Positions 24,585 through 39,244 of a stretch of 64,000 bases of DNA are shown piece by piece. The stretch is from the NCBI RefSeq assembly GCF_006345805.1, contig NC_042998.1, positions 59,768,001 through 59,832,000 on the forward strand, written 5' to 3'. Numbering within the stretch: the stretch's first letter is position 1; the number at the start of each line of letters is the position of its first letter. This DNA is from Octopus sinensis. Lineage: Eukaryota. Under the pieces are notes generated by a model. That model was not told the DNA's origin. It searched no databases and was given only the letters and a program-made list of their open reading frames with translations. Made by a program: the position numbers and the translations under genes.

Positions 24585-24945
24585 AATTAACAGAATGAGA
24601 TAAAAAAAAAATCCAATGCTGTGAAAGATTTCAGAACATTTATAAATCTTATAGCTGTTTCTGGGATATTTATATATCTTATAGCTGTTTCTGGGATATT
24701 TTATATATCCCTTCGTCGGAGACGGTGTGAGAAAATGGTTAAGCAATAGTTATTCTAGATAAGATATGAAATAGAGACTGGAGTGGAGGAAGGAAATAGA
24801 CGTGAGATTTACAGGGATATTGTATCTTCAGTTCCATTATTTAGGCAGAATGGTATACATATGACATTCTGTACCTTGTGATTAAGTGCCAATAGTATCT
24901 AAAATTGGTCATTCCAAACACAGAGTTTGTAAACTTTGTTATTAG
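24585..24945 (-). mobile_element. Interspersed repeat with hammerhead-like motif (possible Penelope pseudo-LTR), copy 1
   Basis: Homologous to 27412-27750 (inverted) and 31170-31382; includes a duplication of about 29 bp (tcttatagctgtttctgggatattt). Confidence 0.65.
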
Positions 24946-27345
24946 TTAGTTAGTTAGTTAGTTAATTTGGCTCAAAAGCAAATAGCAAGGCCATGTAGGG
25001 GGACATGGAGTTAAGTACAGGGTGGTGTTCATGTAAAGAGTTCAGGCCACTTGAGGTCCAGGGAGGCTTTGAACAAAGCGGTCGTCGGCATCTTCACCAT
25101 CTCGTCTGGCAGCTTGTTCCACGGATCCGCAACCCGGACGGAGAAAGCTCCTCTCCTTCGATTGAGATGAAATCGTCGCAGGTAGAGCTTTTCGGAATGA
25201 CCCCGCAGCCGACGCTCCGGAGCAGGAGTGAAGAACAGCTCTTTCGAGAGGTTACACTTCCCGCTTATGATGTTGTGGGCGAGAATGAGATCACCACGGC
25301 GGCGGCGTTTTTCAAGAGAACAAGGTCGAGCGTCCTCAGCCTTTCTTCGTAGGACAAATTTTTGAGACCATGAACCATGCGGGTAGCCAGCCTCTGGACT
25401 CTTTCGAGGTGCTGTATGTCTTTGAGGAGATAAGGAGAAGAGGCTTGAATCCCATACTCCAATATGGGTTTCACCAGCGTGACATAGAGTGGCAGGAATA
25501 TGGCTGCTGTGAGCATTCCGAATGACCGTCGAATCAAAAACAGAATTCCGCGCGCTTTGTTGGCAGCATGGACGCACTGGGCCGAAGGCGAAAAGGAGGA
25601 ATCCACCAAGATACCCAGGTCCTTTACCTGATCGGTCCTCTCCAGCAGCAGACGACCCGGCTCGAAATCAAGTTGAGTTGCAGGTAGAGCCGACAGGCAG
25701 ATGACAGCACTTTGACACGTTCAGACACAGGTCTCAATCGTTAGACCACTTCCAAATTTGGTGGAGGCATCGACGAAGATCCTCTATACTACCGCGAGGA
25801 GCGACCAGTTTGATATCGTCGGCAAATAGAAGGGTGTGTTGCGTGAGGTCGTCGGGCAAGTCATTTATGAAGACTAAGAACAACAAGGGCCCAAGCACTG
25901 AACCTTGAGGCACGCCACTGCTCGCACTGGAGACGTCGGACCGCGAACCATTTACTTGAACTTGGAAGGAGCGATCTGAGAGGAAGGCACCAACCCATCG
26001 TACAATATCCGGATGGAAACTATATGCTTGAAGCTTGACAAGTAGTAGGCGGCAAAGTCCAATAAACGATGTCAACAGCATCACTATCATCGAGGATGCG
26101 CGTCACCAATTCTTCCATTACTAGTAAGTTGGTCAAGCATGATCTCTTCGGCACGAAGCCGTGTTGGGAATCAGTGATCGAGGCTGTGTTTAGGAGGTGG
26201 AGCATCATACTTTTCTTAAGGATGGTTTCGAACATCTTGCTGATTATTGATGTAAGGGAAACCGGTCGGTAGTTAAGCGGGTCTTCGCGGCTCCCTTTCT
26301 TGAAAATTGGGCAGATTATCGCTGTTCTCCAGTCTGCAGGTATAACACCCGTCGCCAATGACATATTGAATAGTCGTGTTAGGGCTCGCAAATGACCGGA
26401 GCCAACGCTTTGATAACCCGTGGGTGTATGCCGTCAGGGCCGTGACCCTTGTTGACATCGAGGCCTTGAATAACACGTTTGACTTGGTCCCGCGTGATGA
26501 TCAATCGAAGCATTGGAGGTACCGATCTATCAAATGGAGGGGGTTCACGACCATCATCTTGTTTGAAAATAGTTGAAAAAGCCTCGGCAAATAATTGACT
26601 TCTTGATAAGGGTCCTCAATCGATACGCCTGTTGAGTCTACCAACGTTGCAATCTGGTTGTTCAAGCGGGAATTCCGCTGGACATGGGCAAAGAAGGTTT
26701 TTGGATTGCTACTGGCATTTGCCGCGATTTTGTATTCATAACTGAAGCGTTCCTTCTTTTCAATTTTCACAGCTCGGTCTCGTTGAGTTTTGTACACCTC
26801 AAAAGCTGCAGTCGAATCCAGATTTTTGAATTCAGCCCAGCAATATCTCTGAGTCGACGTTCTCGTTTAACCTTCTTCGTCACAGGGCTTGTGTTTCTTC
26901 CTCTTGGGAAGTCCAACGGGAACTGCCTGGTCAGTCAAACAGATTACATATGCTTTGAGGGATGACCATAGTTCGTCAACTGAGGACAACGTCATCAGGG
27001 AACGCCAGTCCAGAAGCGCGGAAGCCTCGGTTAGAATTTCAAGATTAATTGCAGAGAAGACTCTACGTGGCAGCGAAGTAATCGTGGGCGTGGAAAAAGT
27101 TGTGTGCATGACGAACTTCAGGACCGCATGATCACTCTTGGCAAGAGGGGCGCACACAGATACGTCTGACACTGATCTTGGATAGCGGGAGAATACCAGA
27201 TCTAGCATAGATGGCTGCTGCCCAGACCGATGCCTTGTCGGATATTCAACATGTTGCGATAGAAAACAATCTTCAGCCACGTCAAGAAGGGCCTGGCCGA
27301 ACCGGGAAGATGTTGTACAAATTGATGCGGGCCAATCGATCGTGG
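24946..27345 (-). mobile_element. 5'-truncated CR1-type LINE (APE C-terminus + RT), decayed, (CTAA)n tail
   Basis: QHVEYPTR..MLDLVFS..LAKSDHAVL (APE); WRTAIICPIFKKGSR..NYRPVSLTS, QHGF, SGVPQGSVLGPLLFLVFINDL, LLFADDIKL, LERVQRLATR. Confidence 0.92.
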
Positions 27346-27411
27346 GTTTTTTTAAGTGACTTACAACACATTCCCAATTTTTAAGTCACTTCGAAAAAAA
27401 CAAAAACGATT

Positions 27412-27750
27412 CAATAACAAAGTTTACAAATTCCATACTTGGAATGACCAATTTTAAATACTATTGGCACTTAATCACAAGATACAGGAATCTGATATGT
27501 ATACGATTCTGCCTAAATAATGAAACTTAAGATACAATATCCCTGCATATATCACGTCTATTTTCAGTCCTCCATTCACTCTCTATTTCACATCTTATCT
27601 AGAATAACTATTGCTTAGCCATTTTCTGACACCATCTCACCATGTCCAATGAAGGGATACGTAAAATATGCCGGAAACAGCTGTAAGACCTATTCATAAA
27701 TGTTCTGAAATCTTCCACAGCCTTGTATTTTTATCTCATTCCATTAATGT
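27412..27750 (+). mobile_element. Interspersed repeat with hammerhead-like motif, copy 2 (inverted relative to copy 1)
   Basis: Reverse complement aligns along 24585-24945. Confidence 0.65.
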
Positions 27751-27755
27751 GTGTG

Positions 27756-27799
<44 letters not shown>

Positions 27800-28378
27800 T
27801 ATATTTATATAAAATTTATATTGTTATGTGATTGAACGCCACGCATCAATTTCCAATAAGTTTATCTTCACTTTTTGATGCGATTCTAGTCTATAATGTA
27901 TTCTTCCATCGTTTTCTCTCTCATCCTTTTCTCCAATTCCGTTTTTCTCCCCTTCACCGTTTTCCATCTTTCTCTCTCCCTCTCTTTCTCTTTTTCTCGC
28001 TTTCGTTGCTCACAGGTGACCATTGTCCATTTTTCTTTTCCTCATATGATCATCTTCCTTCGGTTTCAGGACTGACCTAAGGACTGGAGATATCCCATCT
28101 TTGCCTTCTATCTTTTCTCTTGTCAAAGAAAATACGGCTCCAGCGTTCGCTATTTTACCTGCGTTCTGATCTAACGACCTTCCATGTTTGTTTTCGTTCA
28201 GTTTCCTTGTCCTGGTTTTCATTAGTTTCTCTCGTTCCTTCTGTATTGGACTCATTTCTTTTGTATTTCATGTTTGCTGTTGGAGACAGCCTGTACCCAT
28301 GTATGCATGTATATATATATATATATGTATGTATATATATATATATATATGCGTGTGTAAGTGTATACACACACATAT

Positions 28379-28425
<47 letters not shown>

Positions 28426-28528
28426 TATTATATTATATTGTCCGTACTTGGTGTTTCAACTTGGTGACTTCATGCTTCAACTGAAGTACCTAATTCAACT
28501 GGATTTCAGTTATTTCTTTATATTTATT

Positions 28529-28564
<36 letters not shown>

Positions 28565-28617
28565 CTGCTTGACTATACTGGATCCTCTTCGAGAATCCAC
28601 TTTTTATTAATGCATTA

Positions 28618-29332
28618 GTTAGAAAACTTTAGGAAGAATCTGATTACTCTTTTCCAAAGTGTAGGACTATGGATTACAACAGAAAGTAACCTTAATAACT
28701 TAGATTTGTACTTAGATACATTTAAACCCTACCATAAGCTCAATGATAAGCTATGTTATATTAGCAAAGAATCTAATTGTCTACACGTAATTCTTAAGAA
28801 CCTAGTTATTAATGTAGGAAGGTAAATATCATCAATTTCTTCAGATGAGAGAGCATTTCAAAATATTAATAGGGTAAGGAAAAGTGGATTCTCAGAGAAG
28901 ATCCAGTATAGTCAAGCTAATTCTAACAATAATAGACCATGCAGCACTAGAACTAGGAAAGTTTTGTGGTTTAACCCCGCATTTAAGATTGCCGTAAATA
29001 CTAATATAGGGAAGGTATTCTTAAAATTAGTTTCTAAACATTTTCAATCTAGCTATAACGTCTATAGAATTTTTAATATGAGAACACTGAAGGTTAGCTA
29101 TTCTTGTTGCAAAATCTTCGCCTCTTTTATTAAACAGCAGAACGCGAAAATTTATACAAGCAACCACAGTGCCGAATCTAACCTGAGGAACTGCAACTTC
29201 AAAGATAAGACTTGCTGTCCGTTGGAAAGTAAATGTCTTGACACAGGTATTGTTTATAGAGCTAAAATGCAAGTAGATGGCTCACAAGAATATAAAACTT
29301 ACACAGAATATAAAACTTCATTCAAGATTTGA
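28618..29332 (+). mobile_element. Penelope-like element fragment (RT thumb, Cys-rich linker, start of GIY-YIG region)
   Basis: FKPYHKLNDKLCYISKESN..RKVLWFNPAF..TNIGKVFLKLVSKHF..KVSYSC..CNFKDKTCCPLESKCLDTGIVYRA..KTY. Confidence 0.8.
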
Positions 29333-30753
29333 TTCTATTCCCACCGAAATTTTTTGGTCGAGTCTTGTCAGCTGTGTGTCTGTGATGGTAGCGTTGGATG
29401 CAAATTAAATATAAAATCGCAAAGCTTGCAAGAATAAAACATAGCTGTGTTTGGTAAGGTTTCCTGGAGTGGAGCCTTGCGCAAATATCATACTGATATT
29501 GAGCTAAGTACAACAGAATTAATGAGCGCAATTATAAGAGGCTATGGGTTATGTGATGCATAAAGGCAGGTAGGAAAAGTTTCCATTGTTTCATCAATAT
29601 CTACTCAAAGTTTACCAGAGAGGTAATTGTATTGAAATTACTTCAAATGCAATGCTATCTACACTTTATATCAAGAATCTTGCCAATACAACAGAGCAAC
29701 TGTAAAATCTATTTAATTAAAAACTATCTATTCTAAGCACAACCCTGCTGTTACGAAATTTGAATTTGAAAAAAAAAAAATACAGGTTTATGAATAAATA
29801 AATAAAATTTCCCATCCATCAAATTAAGATTTACAATTAGGGATCAAAGAGAAATAGTTTTCGTTACTATTGACAACGCTGGAAATAAATATGTTAAGTA
29901 CGTGACAGAGCACAGTCATGATTCATCCTCTCAATTGATAGCACTATAAAAAAAGCAACGTTTAATTCGATACAAAATAATAGATAATTCTATATCATTC
30001 GCTTAAATGTGATACATCGTCATCATTCCTGCCTAATATTATTTTTTTCTCACAATGCTAAACATCTAGGTGATTTATCATGTCAAAATCATAGCATGAT
30101 ATTGGTGGACAGATTTATATTATTTGATAACGTTTACTATAAACGCGACTGCACTCTAACCACTTAATCGTCATAATATAAATATTGTTATAATTACTCT
30201 CTATATATCAAATCGGGTATCATAAAAATACCATATAATATAAATTTCCAACCTTTTATTCAAATTAGGCTATCGCAAGTCGACATAATTTTCCATATTA
30301 ACACAAATACTCGCAATTTACAGTTTCGCAAATCTATTACGTTGTGCATTCTATATTAGATTTCTTCCTAATTGAACAGACTATACGCTGAATATTTAAT
30401 TTATGCTAATTCTAAGAAAACGGTATTCACTATTCTGCCGAAGATCTTTCACTGATAATCCAAATAATTTCAGCAGCTTAACGAACATAGGTCTACATAT
30501 TTAAGAAAGGACTTTTATCTTCATAAAAATATAAAATCCCAAATAAAAATAAATGTACAACGACACAAGTCTTGGGGCATAGGAGAAAATGAGCAGATAG
30601 GTATTTCCGTTTGCACTCTAAGTAAACATCTTCTACCGTAGCCTGTGATGCTCTTTTGTGTGGTAGTTTGCAGACGAACAAAGTGCGGCAACCATTCCCA
30701 TGTATATCCATACATACAAACTTACATACATATATACGTGCATGCGTGCATAT

Positions 30754-30824
<71 letters not shown>

Positions 30825-30874
30825 ATATATATATATATATATATATATACATACATACATATATATATACATAA

Positions 30875-30954
<80 letters not shown>

Positions 30955-30964
30955 CATATATATA

Positions 30965-31135
30965 TATTCCGGCAGGGGGTGATCCCTGCTCTACTCTTTC
31001 TCCTACTCTTTCTTCTGTTGGCCTGCTCGCTTAGCCAGCGGGGTGGCGTCATTCGAAGGCTAAAACAATGCAAACACATTGTGACCAGCGATGTGTAACA
31101 TCTGCTGGTCTGGTCGGTCACGTGATCATGTCATA
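30965..31135 (+). repeat. GC-richer interspersed repeat fragment between TA arrays (SINE-like)
   Basis: Composition and recalled similarity to an octopus repeat; no second copy in this window. Confidence 0.35.
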
Positions 31136-31169
31136 TATATATATATATATATAAAAAACTTAACAGAGT

Positions 31170-31494
<325 letters not shown>

Positions 31495-31496
31495 AG

Positions 31497-33625
31497 TGTC
31501 GCATGGCAGTACTTTGAAAACATTGTCACCTATACATGCTCTAAACACGCTCCCACGAAATCTACTAACACAAACAGAAACCGGCTCCCTAAAAAGAAAA
31601 TAACACTCATCAGGCGCATCAAAAGACTCAATAAAAAAATCAACCAATTAAAATATTCCCACACACAACATCCACATTCAACAACAATGAAAAGGCTAGA
31701 GCTGGAAAAACTTCATCTGCAGACCCACATGAAAACCTCCATTGAAAATCAAAGAGCAGTGGAGGAACAGTGGGTAATCAAAAACATCAAACAGAACCCA
31801 AAAGTTTTCTATTCTTATGCAAATAAGCATAGAACCACTGTCTCACCCATTGGGCAATTGATTGATGATAACGTCATTCCCGAACACGATGCAAAAGAAA
31901 TGGCAGAAATACTGCAGAAACAATACTGCTCTGTCTTTAGTGTTCCAACTGATATTGACGTAAGAGAAGCGAACGAAGTTGACTCCCAACATAAAATCTC
32001 AGACATAACCTTCACTGCCACTGACATCATAGCAGCAATAAATGAGGTCAAATACTACTCTGCTGTAGGCCCTGATAGATTCCCCGCTAGTCTCCTGAAG
32101 GAATGTAGACACCATTTGCAGTCCCTCTGACCAACCTCTGGGGAAATTCGTTAGACGCAGGTTATATACCGAAACAGTTTCTATCCCAGTCGGTCATCCC
32201 GTTTTTCAAACAGGGAAACAGATCCCTCGCACTCAACTATCGCCCAATCTCACTCAACTCCCACATCATTAAAGTGTTTGAAAGAGTGTTAAGATCAAGG
32301 ATAGCTGACTTCCTGGAAACCCACAAACTCCTAAATGCAAATCAGCATGGCTTTCGCTGTTGCAGGGACTGTCTAACACAGCTCTTACACCACATTGAAG
32401 ATGTACTCAAATCCTTGGGAACAGGTTCGAACTCTGACGTCATATATCTTGACTTCAGTAAAGCGTTCGACAGGGTAGACCATAATATCCTACTCTCAAA
32501 ATTGGCAAATGTTGGAATCCGTGGAAAAGTCCTACACTGGATTAAGTATTTCCTGGCGAATAGAACACAACATGTTGTAGTCGATGGAGTCCACTCAAGC
32601 CCAGCAAAAGTCACCAGCGGTGTCCCCCAGGGGACTGTCTTGGGTCAGCTACTCTTCATAATTTACATAAACGACCTTTCCAGTGTCGTACATTACTGCA
32701 AAGTGAAAATATTTGCTGATGACACTAAGCTCAAGCAAATCGTCAATGAAGAAGCAGACCGAACTCAACTTCAGTCTGATCTATATGCTGTGAGTCAATG
32801 GACAGACAGAAACAAAATGCAACTGAATGAGGGAAAATTTGAGCTGATGAATTTTGGAAGAAATTCCTCACCAAAACAGCCATACTCTCTTCCTTCAGGG
32901 GAACCGCTCACAGCGTCTAACAATATCAGAGACCTGGGTGTAATTGTTGATGACGATCTCAGTTGGAGTGCACACATCAACAAGAAGGTCGATATAGCTC
33001 GTAGGATGAGTTCCTGGATCTTAAGAACTTTCCGGTCCAGAGAACAAGGTGTCATCATACCACTTTTCTCCTCCTTTGTACGGCCACACCTCGAATATTG
33101 CTGCCCACTGTGGTCTCCCCATACAAGACAAAACATCTCCAGGTTTGAGTCACCCCAGAGGCCACTCACTAAACGGATTGAAGGCATGGCTGCTCTCGAT
33201 TATTGGGATCGCCTTAAAGCCTTGAAACTTTACTCTCTCCAGCGTCGCCGTGAGCGGTACATCATTTGTACAATGTGGAGAATATACCGCCAACTTTGCC
33301 CAAACGACCTTAACATTAGCTTCAAGGTTCATCCAAGACTGGGACCACGGGCCATACGTCCCCTGCCCAATTCAAGATCACAGCATACATGTACACTGCA
33401 ACATAATTTCTTTTCCTCAACAGGCCCTGCCCTATTTAACATTGTCCCGAGGGAGATCAAAGAGGAAAAGGATCCCATCTACTTTAAACGGAGTCTGGAT
33501 AGATTCCTTCAAAGAATACCAGATAAGCCACCCATAATTGGATACAACTCACCCAACACGAACTCATTACTTGAATGGACCATAAACAAAACTTGACTGA
33601 AACAGGATTCGAATAATCCTATTAG
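31497..33625 (+). mobile_element. 5'-truncated CR1-type LINE with nearly intact RT
   Basis: NPKVFYSYAN, SAVGPD, NYRPISL, QHGFR, VIYLDFSKAFDRVDH, SGVPQGTVLG, KIFADDTKL, SLQRRRERY; one 1-bp frameshift near 32117; stop at 33596. Confidence 0.93.
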
Positions 33626-33929
33626 GTGGTGCTATTAATTATATATATACATATGTATGTATGCATGTATGTATGTGTGTGTGCTTCTGTATGTAAATGT
33701 ACGAATACGATAAGGTGCATATTGTTTACATACATCCGTATTTTTTTACGTGCAATTTTCGCCGATACATGCCTAGATAATTCGGGGGCCTTCCATAGAA
33801 GAAATTCTTTCACAATATTTTCCGCCACAAAAATACAATAAACCCATGACTAAACCGTTAGAAACTTACAAGAAATAATGCTATTGATACCAAGTCTCAG
33901 GTAAAATTAATATATGCATGTATGTATAT

Positions 33930-34017
<88 letters not shown>

Positions 34018-34024
34018 ATTATGC

Positions 34025-34227
34025 TGGTTTATTCGCAATTTACAACCTAAAGGCATAAGCATAGACGTCACTAGATTTAATAAGAGGGTCAAACAGCATG
34101 AGCAGTGCTAGAAATATGAATCCGAACAACTCTTAGCCACAACAGGAAAACACTTATATAATGACTGACAAGGGAGCTTAGTCCCCTTGTCAGTCATTAG
34201 ACAATTGCTTCCCCGTGGCTAAGAGTT
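34025..34227. repeat. Nested palindrome element related to 20691-20812
   Basis: Perfect 13-bp outer IR (34128-34140 / 34215-34227) and 16-bp inner IR (34159-34174 / 34184-34199); 5' part attcgcaattta..aacc..aaagg..cgtcact is shared with 20702-20743. Confidence 0.65.
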
Positions 34228-37200
34228 TTTCTGACTCGTATTTCTATCAATGACGGTCCTAACTACACACACACACACACACACACATAAACACACACAC
34301 ACATACATACATATGTATATTTATAAATAGATAATCCAGAATATAGAAATGTTAATATGGACATGAATACCGGTAAATTGTTATTCATGATATTATAATC
34401 TCTTGTAGATTATTTTATAAAGTAACCGTTTGTTTAAATATCTATCTGTGTATGTCTAACTGGAATGTATTGAACATCTGAAGGCTATTAAAAAGTTTGA
34501 ATATAGAAAATTACCTGAAAGGACACAGAATGTCTCTTAAGCTGAAATAAATAAAGAAGGAAAATAGTTGGGTGTGTTCCATTTGGCTGCTACACTTCTA
34601 ATTTAGAATAACCTTCATACACAACCAAAACATTAGATTTTCATGACTTTATCGTAAAATAAGTTTCAAGAACGATGATGGACATGTATAAATGATACTG
34701 CTATTTTATCTTTTTAGATATTGGCTATTTTTAAAACGTCTTATTAGATAAAATAAATCACGTTATTATTAGATACAATTCACAACTAACGCTATGCAAC
34801 TAAACGATGGGAATATATCCAAAGGTCTGAAACAAATGTCATTGTGTTTCCGACGTAGATACGATGGAAAACGTTAAAGGGTTTTGCGGCCAAATAACTT
34901 AAACACGAATAAAATGAAAATAAAGTATTATATAAAGTTGAAATGTAGTTATTATAGAAATGGGATATTGTGCTTGCACAAACCTACCCATTAATTAGGA
35001 ATGCAAATTCATATCGTTAATTGTGTTTAACCTGAGGTTAGTCCGGATCAAGGAGGCCTATAAACAAAAGTACTCCGGCGATAACTGACTCGTTTTCATT
35101 TGTTACGTGCTGGAGAACCAAGACCCTACTATCTAACGTTATTTATTTTCAGTTTGGTAGTGTTTCATTTGACGGCGATTTTCCTGTTATTTCAAATTGT
35201 CGAACAATCTGACCGACTCTTCCTAAATGGCTCACATATATTCATACAATACTTCAATTAAACAGTCGCATGATATATTGGTATTACCTCTCTAGAAAAT
35301 CATGAGTTTTTGGATACGTAGTTGTGAGATGGAAAAGACGCTGTACACCATCAGTTTCCTAAAGTTCTGTCTTTGCCTTTTGATGCTTTACTAATTCGCC
35401 ATCTTATTATATCCGGTAAAATGGAGAGCTAAGTCTGATCTCAGAATGAATGTAAGCGCAACTTGTTGCCAAAAAGTTATTTGTAAGCAACTTTCGAATT
35501 TCTGTTGACAACCTAATAATTGATCATGTGACTAAAGAAAGATAGGATGTAGATTATTTAAAGTTATTAAAAAAAAACAGCTCATTGAACCCGTCCGCAC
35601 TAATTTGTCTCGCACTCTGTTACATAATTTCTGACGCTGCTTACTCAGTTTCGCCTCTTATATCCCTTCACCTTAAATATTACACATTTATTTAGATAAT
35701 GATAGACTCATTTTCCATGTCTTTTGTTGTGCTCAGCTGCTATCCATAAACTGCTTCTACACACATCGACATAATTCGCTTCATCTAAAATTAGGTAACA
35801 TTCTAAGTCCAACTATCTTGATCTGATCGAAACCAATAAAGAAACTACGTAGTCAAATGACCGGCAAGACAGAGCAGCTAAATCATTCCTATCTGTCTTT
35901 ATGAAAATATATACAAATACTACAGTATTAAAAATATATACCTATATATCCCTAAAATGATATGATGCTGAAAACGGGAATGCGCAGTCGGGGCTGACTT
36001 GGGGATAAACAACAACAGGAACAATAGGTGTAGACAGATTATTCAGGTGAGAGATTAGAAGTCCAGATTAAAAACTAACCACGATATGTAACTGTGTGGT
36101 GCAATAAAATCTGTAGGAATACACAGCACTTTTGACAGCTAGGTAGATTCAAGCTATGTATGATTGAATAATTTTGTTTGTTCTCACTACTCATGCAATC
36201 GACTCCTTGCATGCCTTAGGTCTACTAAAAGCAAACCTAGAACTAAAGTGGTGTTTAAAATATCCTACTTTTGATAACCTAATACTTAGAAGATAAAGGA
36301 AAATAATCTCGCAATTCATACACACAGCATCTCACAATCTGACAACACGCAAAAAGAAATAGTCATGTATGGAAAGGATAAATTAGCGATTGTGGTATTT
36401 TACTAAACAAATGAAAGGACCACGGCTGAGACGGATTTGATCAAAGCTCTGCCATATCAGAGTCCACCTGGTGATAAGCAATATCAGCAACTCAAGAACA
36501 GCTGACTGTATAATTACTACAGCTTCACTTTAAAGTACTTCTAACACACTGGCATAACATTAGCACCACACTTACGTCTAATTATTGACAATATCCAAAA
36601 ATAGCCAGCAGTCATATAGATAACATACCACTCAACAGAACTTTTCGACTAATTACCAATGCTGAGTGGCGTTTGTTCTCTGCTTCCTTTATGTGTGTGA
36701 CTTCCCGAGAATATATTAATTACTTTATATTTCCACGCTTTTTCTGTTTTCGTCACCTCTACTTTTATCTTTTTCCTCTAGAAATGAAACTAAGCAATAT
36801 TCCACTCCTTCCTAGTTGAAATTGTTCCTCTAAATCTTCTCTCATTTCTATCTATGACATCACGACAGAAACTGAGAGTACGTCATGTAGTATCGTAAAT
36901 TAAACCATATCAGCAATTGAACTGTTGGTTTTAAATACCTATGCAAATACAAATATTGCCAGTAGTATATCATAAATTATTGATTCGTATGAGATATGAG
37001 TACGTAATTGATATACATAAGTTTTACTATGTCTTTAGAAATACATGATAGCCTTGTTATACGCGTTAAATGATTTATTGCTTGATTTAAACGTTAACAG
37101 TAAAATGACCATCATTAATATTTTTAGTGTTCCTGCGATAAATGTTGTTGACAATTTCCATGAAATGTTGTGTTGTGGTTTGAAGCATGAATTTGTTTGT

Positions 37201-39244
37201 TCGACTGGCTCTTGTCCAGCCTCTGTGATTTACATGTAACTACTGATATTTCGCATCACCAGACAATTGAGTGTAAAATATTTGTCTAAGCAACTCTCTT
37301 ATTCTTTGGATATGCCAGCGCCAACGAAGATTTCGAATCACTAATACGCCTTGCACATCAGTGATTTTCAATTCCGGTAGGTTGAGGATGTTTCAAACCT
37401 TAACTTTCTAAGATATATCTTGGTGTCTCATCAGAAATATATGTAGTTTATTACCTGTTTGCTAATGTTTGAGAGTCACGGTACGATTCTACGTTGTGAT
37501 TTGGAAAGGAGAAAATTTGCGTTAATGATGTCAAGGACTTCAGGATGTGCACATATTGCAGTGGTTTTTCTTGTTATGTATAATTACGTATGGTTGGCGC
37601 TCGATGTTTTGCTAGCAATGTTATCTGAATGAATACTACTTGAATGTGGACATTGTTGATTATGTTATGAATATTTTAATACTGATAATTATGTATCATA
37701 AAGAATTTTTTACTTTATTTTTTATCATGTTTAGAAAGTTAATTGTGCGTGAAACTTAACTTTATATGAATTCTGCACGGATCTATAACTATTTATACTG
37801 TTTCTTTTTTTTATCGTTGTTGCTGTAGTCGATCATGTTATTATTTCCACAAAGTGTTTATATTCTGGACTATTTATAAATATTTTGGTGCTGTATTTGT
37901 GAGGGGTGTAGTAACCGTCGTACTGCGACAGCGTTCGCATGTGCCTAGAGAGATATGTTTCAATACCAATAATATATTATTGCACCGATATTCTAGCCGT
38001 AACTATCATGGCTCGTTTGTTATTATGTTATATTAAATATTCAGTTAAAATATTTAAAAACGTTTGTATAGGTTTTGAAGAATATTTGAACGCAAAGTAA
38101 TGTATGTCGAGCGACCGCATAGACCCTACCTCCTTAGATCGTTCATTTTTCATATGCTATTGTATACTTGCATGTGATGTCATATTTTGTGAAATATTAT
38201 TAGATTGTTATTCTTAAATGATGGAATACTGAAAAGCAATTTCAACTATGAAAATAGGTGAAACTGCTTCTCGGTATTAATATATTCTGTGACAACACTC
38301 AAGAAATGTCAGGATATATACAGCCCAAAGAAATAAAGTGTGAAATAAGTTTATTCGCCTTGTGAAGCCTTTAAGTCAAATATTAGAGATTAATACTATC
38401 TTTAGTTTATATTTTATTTACAATCCAAATATTATTAAAATTCTATATGATGTGTGTACTGAAATTGTCATAAATCTGATTTATATTAATCATGTGCAAC
38501 TTTATTTTATTTTCTTGTTCACAAAAACAAAATCTATATCATTGTTATTATGTTAAACTGTCGTATGTCTAAATTTGGCCAAATGCATTTTTTTCAATCT
38601 TTCATTTTGTTTGCAATAAACGATTCCTTTGGTCAAACAATTGTATCTCCAGCTGCTTCCGATGCCAAGGTATGAAAATTATCAGAGTGTAGCACAACGG
38701 TTATGCATTTTTTCAAAGGGTAATATATTCCACATATGACAGCTTTGCAAAAATATTTCTGACTGAAAATACCATACATGCACGGAGTTACGATTTTATG
38801 CATCCAACAAAGTATTATTGTTAAGCTGAAACTGTTGCTAATGTAAAAGGAAATGGAATGGTGAAACTATTTTTCGTTTTCTGAAAAAGCAATTTGGACG
38901 TACGGCACTTTTGCATAATAGCAACGATAGAGTTTTGAGAAAGTAAATAAGAAATTCTGATGTATATGTTATTGACCGGACATGTGAAATACCTATGACT
39001 GGATTCGAGACATTCTTACGTACACAGTTCCTAAAAATTGTACAACCTGTCTAAAATATCTGCAATGAAAGTAAAAACTCTAAACATCAATAAATGTGTG
39101 GCGGAATCAAGGAGAGTGAGGTATTTATGAACTGCAAATGTTTTCACACGACGAAATATTAGAATCTAAGAATGAAACACAATAAAGGCGCGTAAACATT
39201 AAGCAGCACATACATTAGTTCAGATTCTGTCTCAATAATGTCTG

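Noticed and set aside
29350-29560. SCQLCVCDGSVGC as a VWC-like exon
   Set aside because: In-frame stops, no convincing splice pair and no neighbouring exons.
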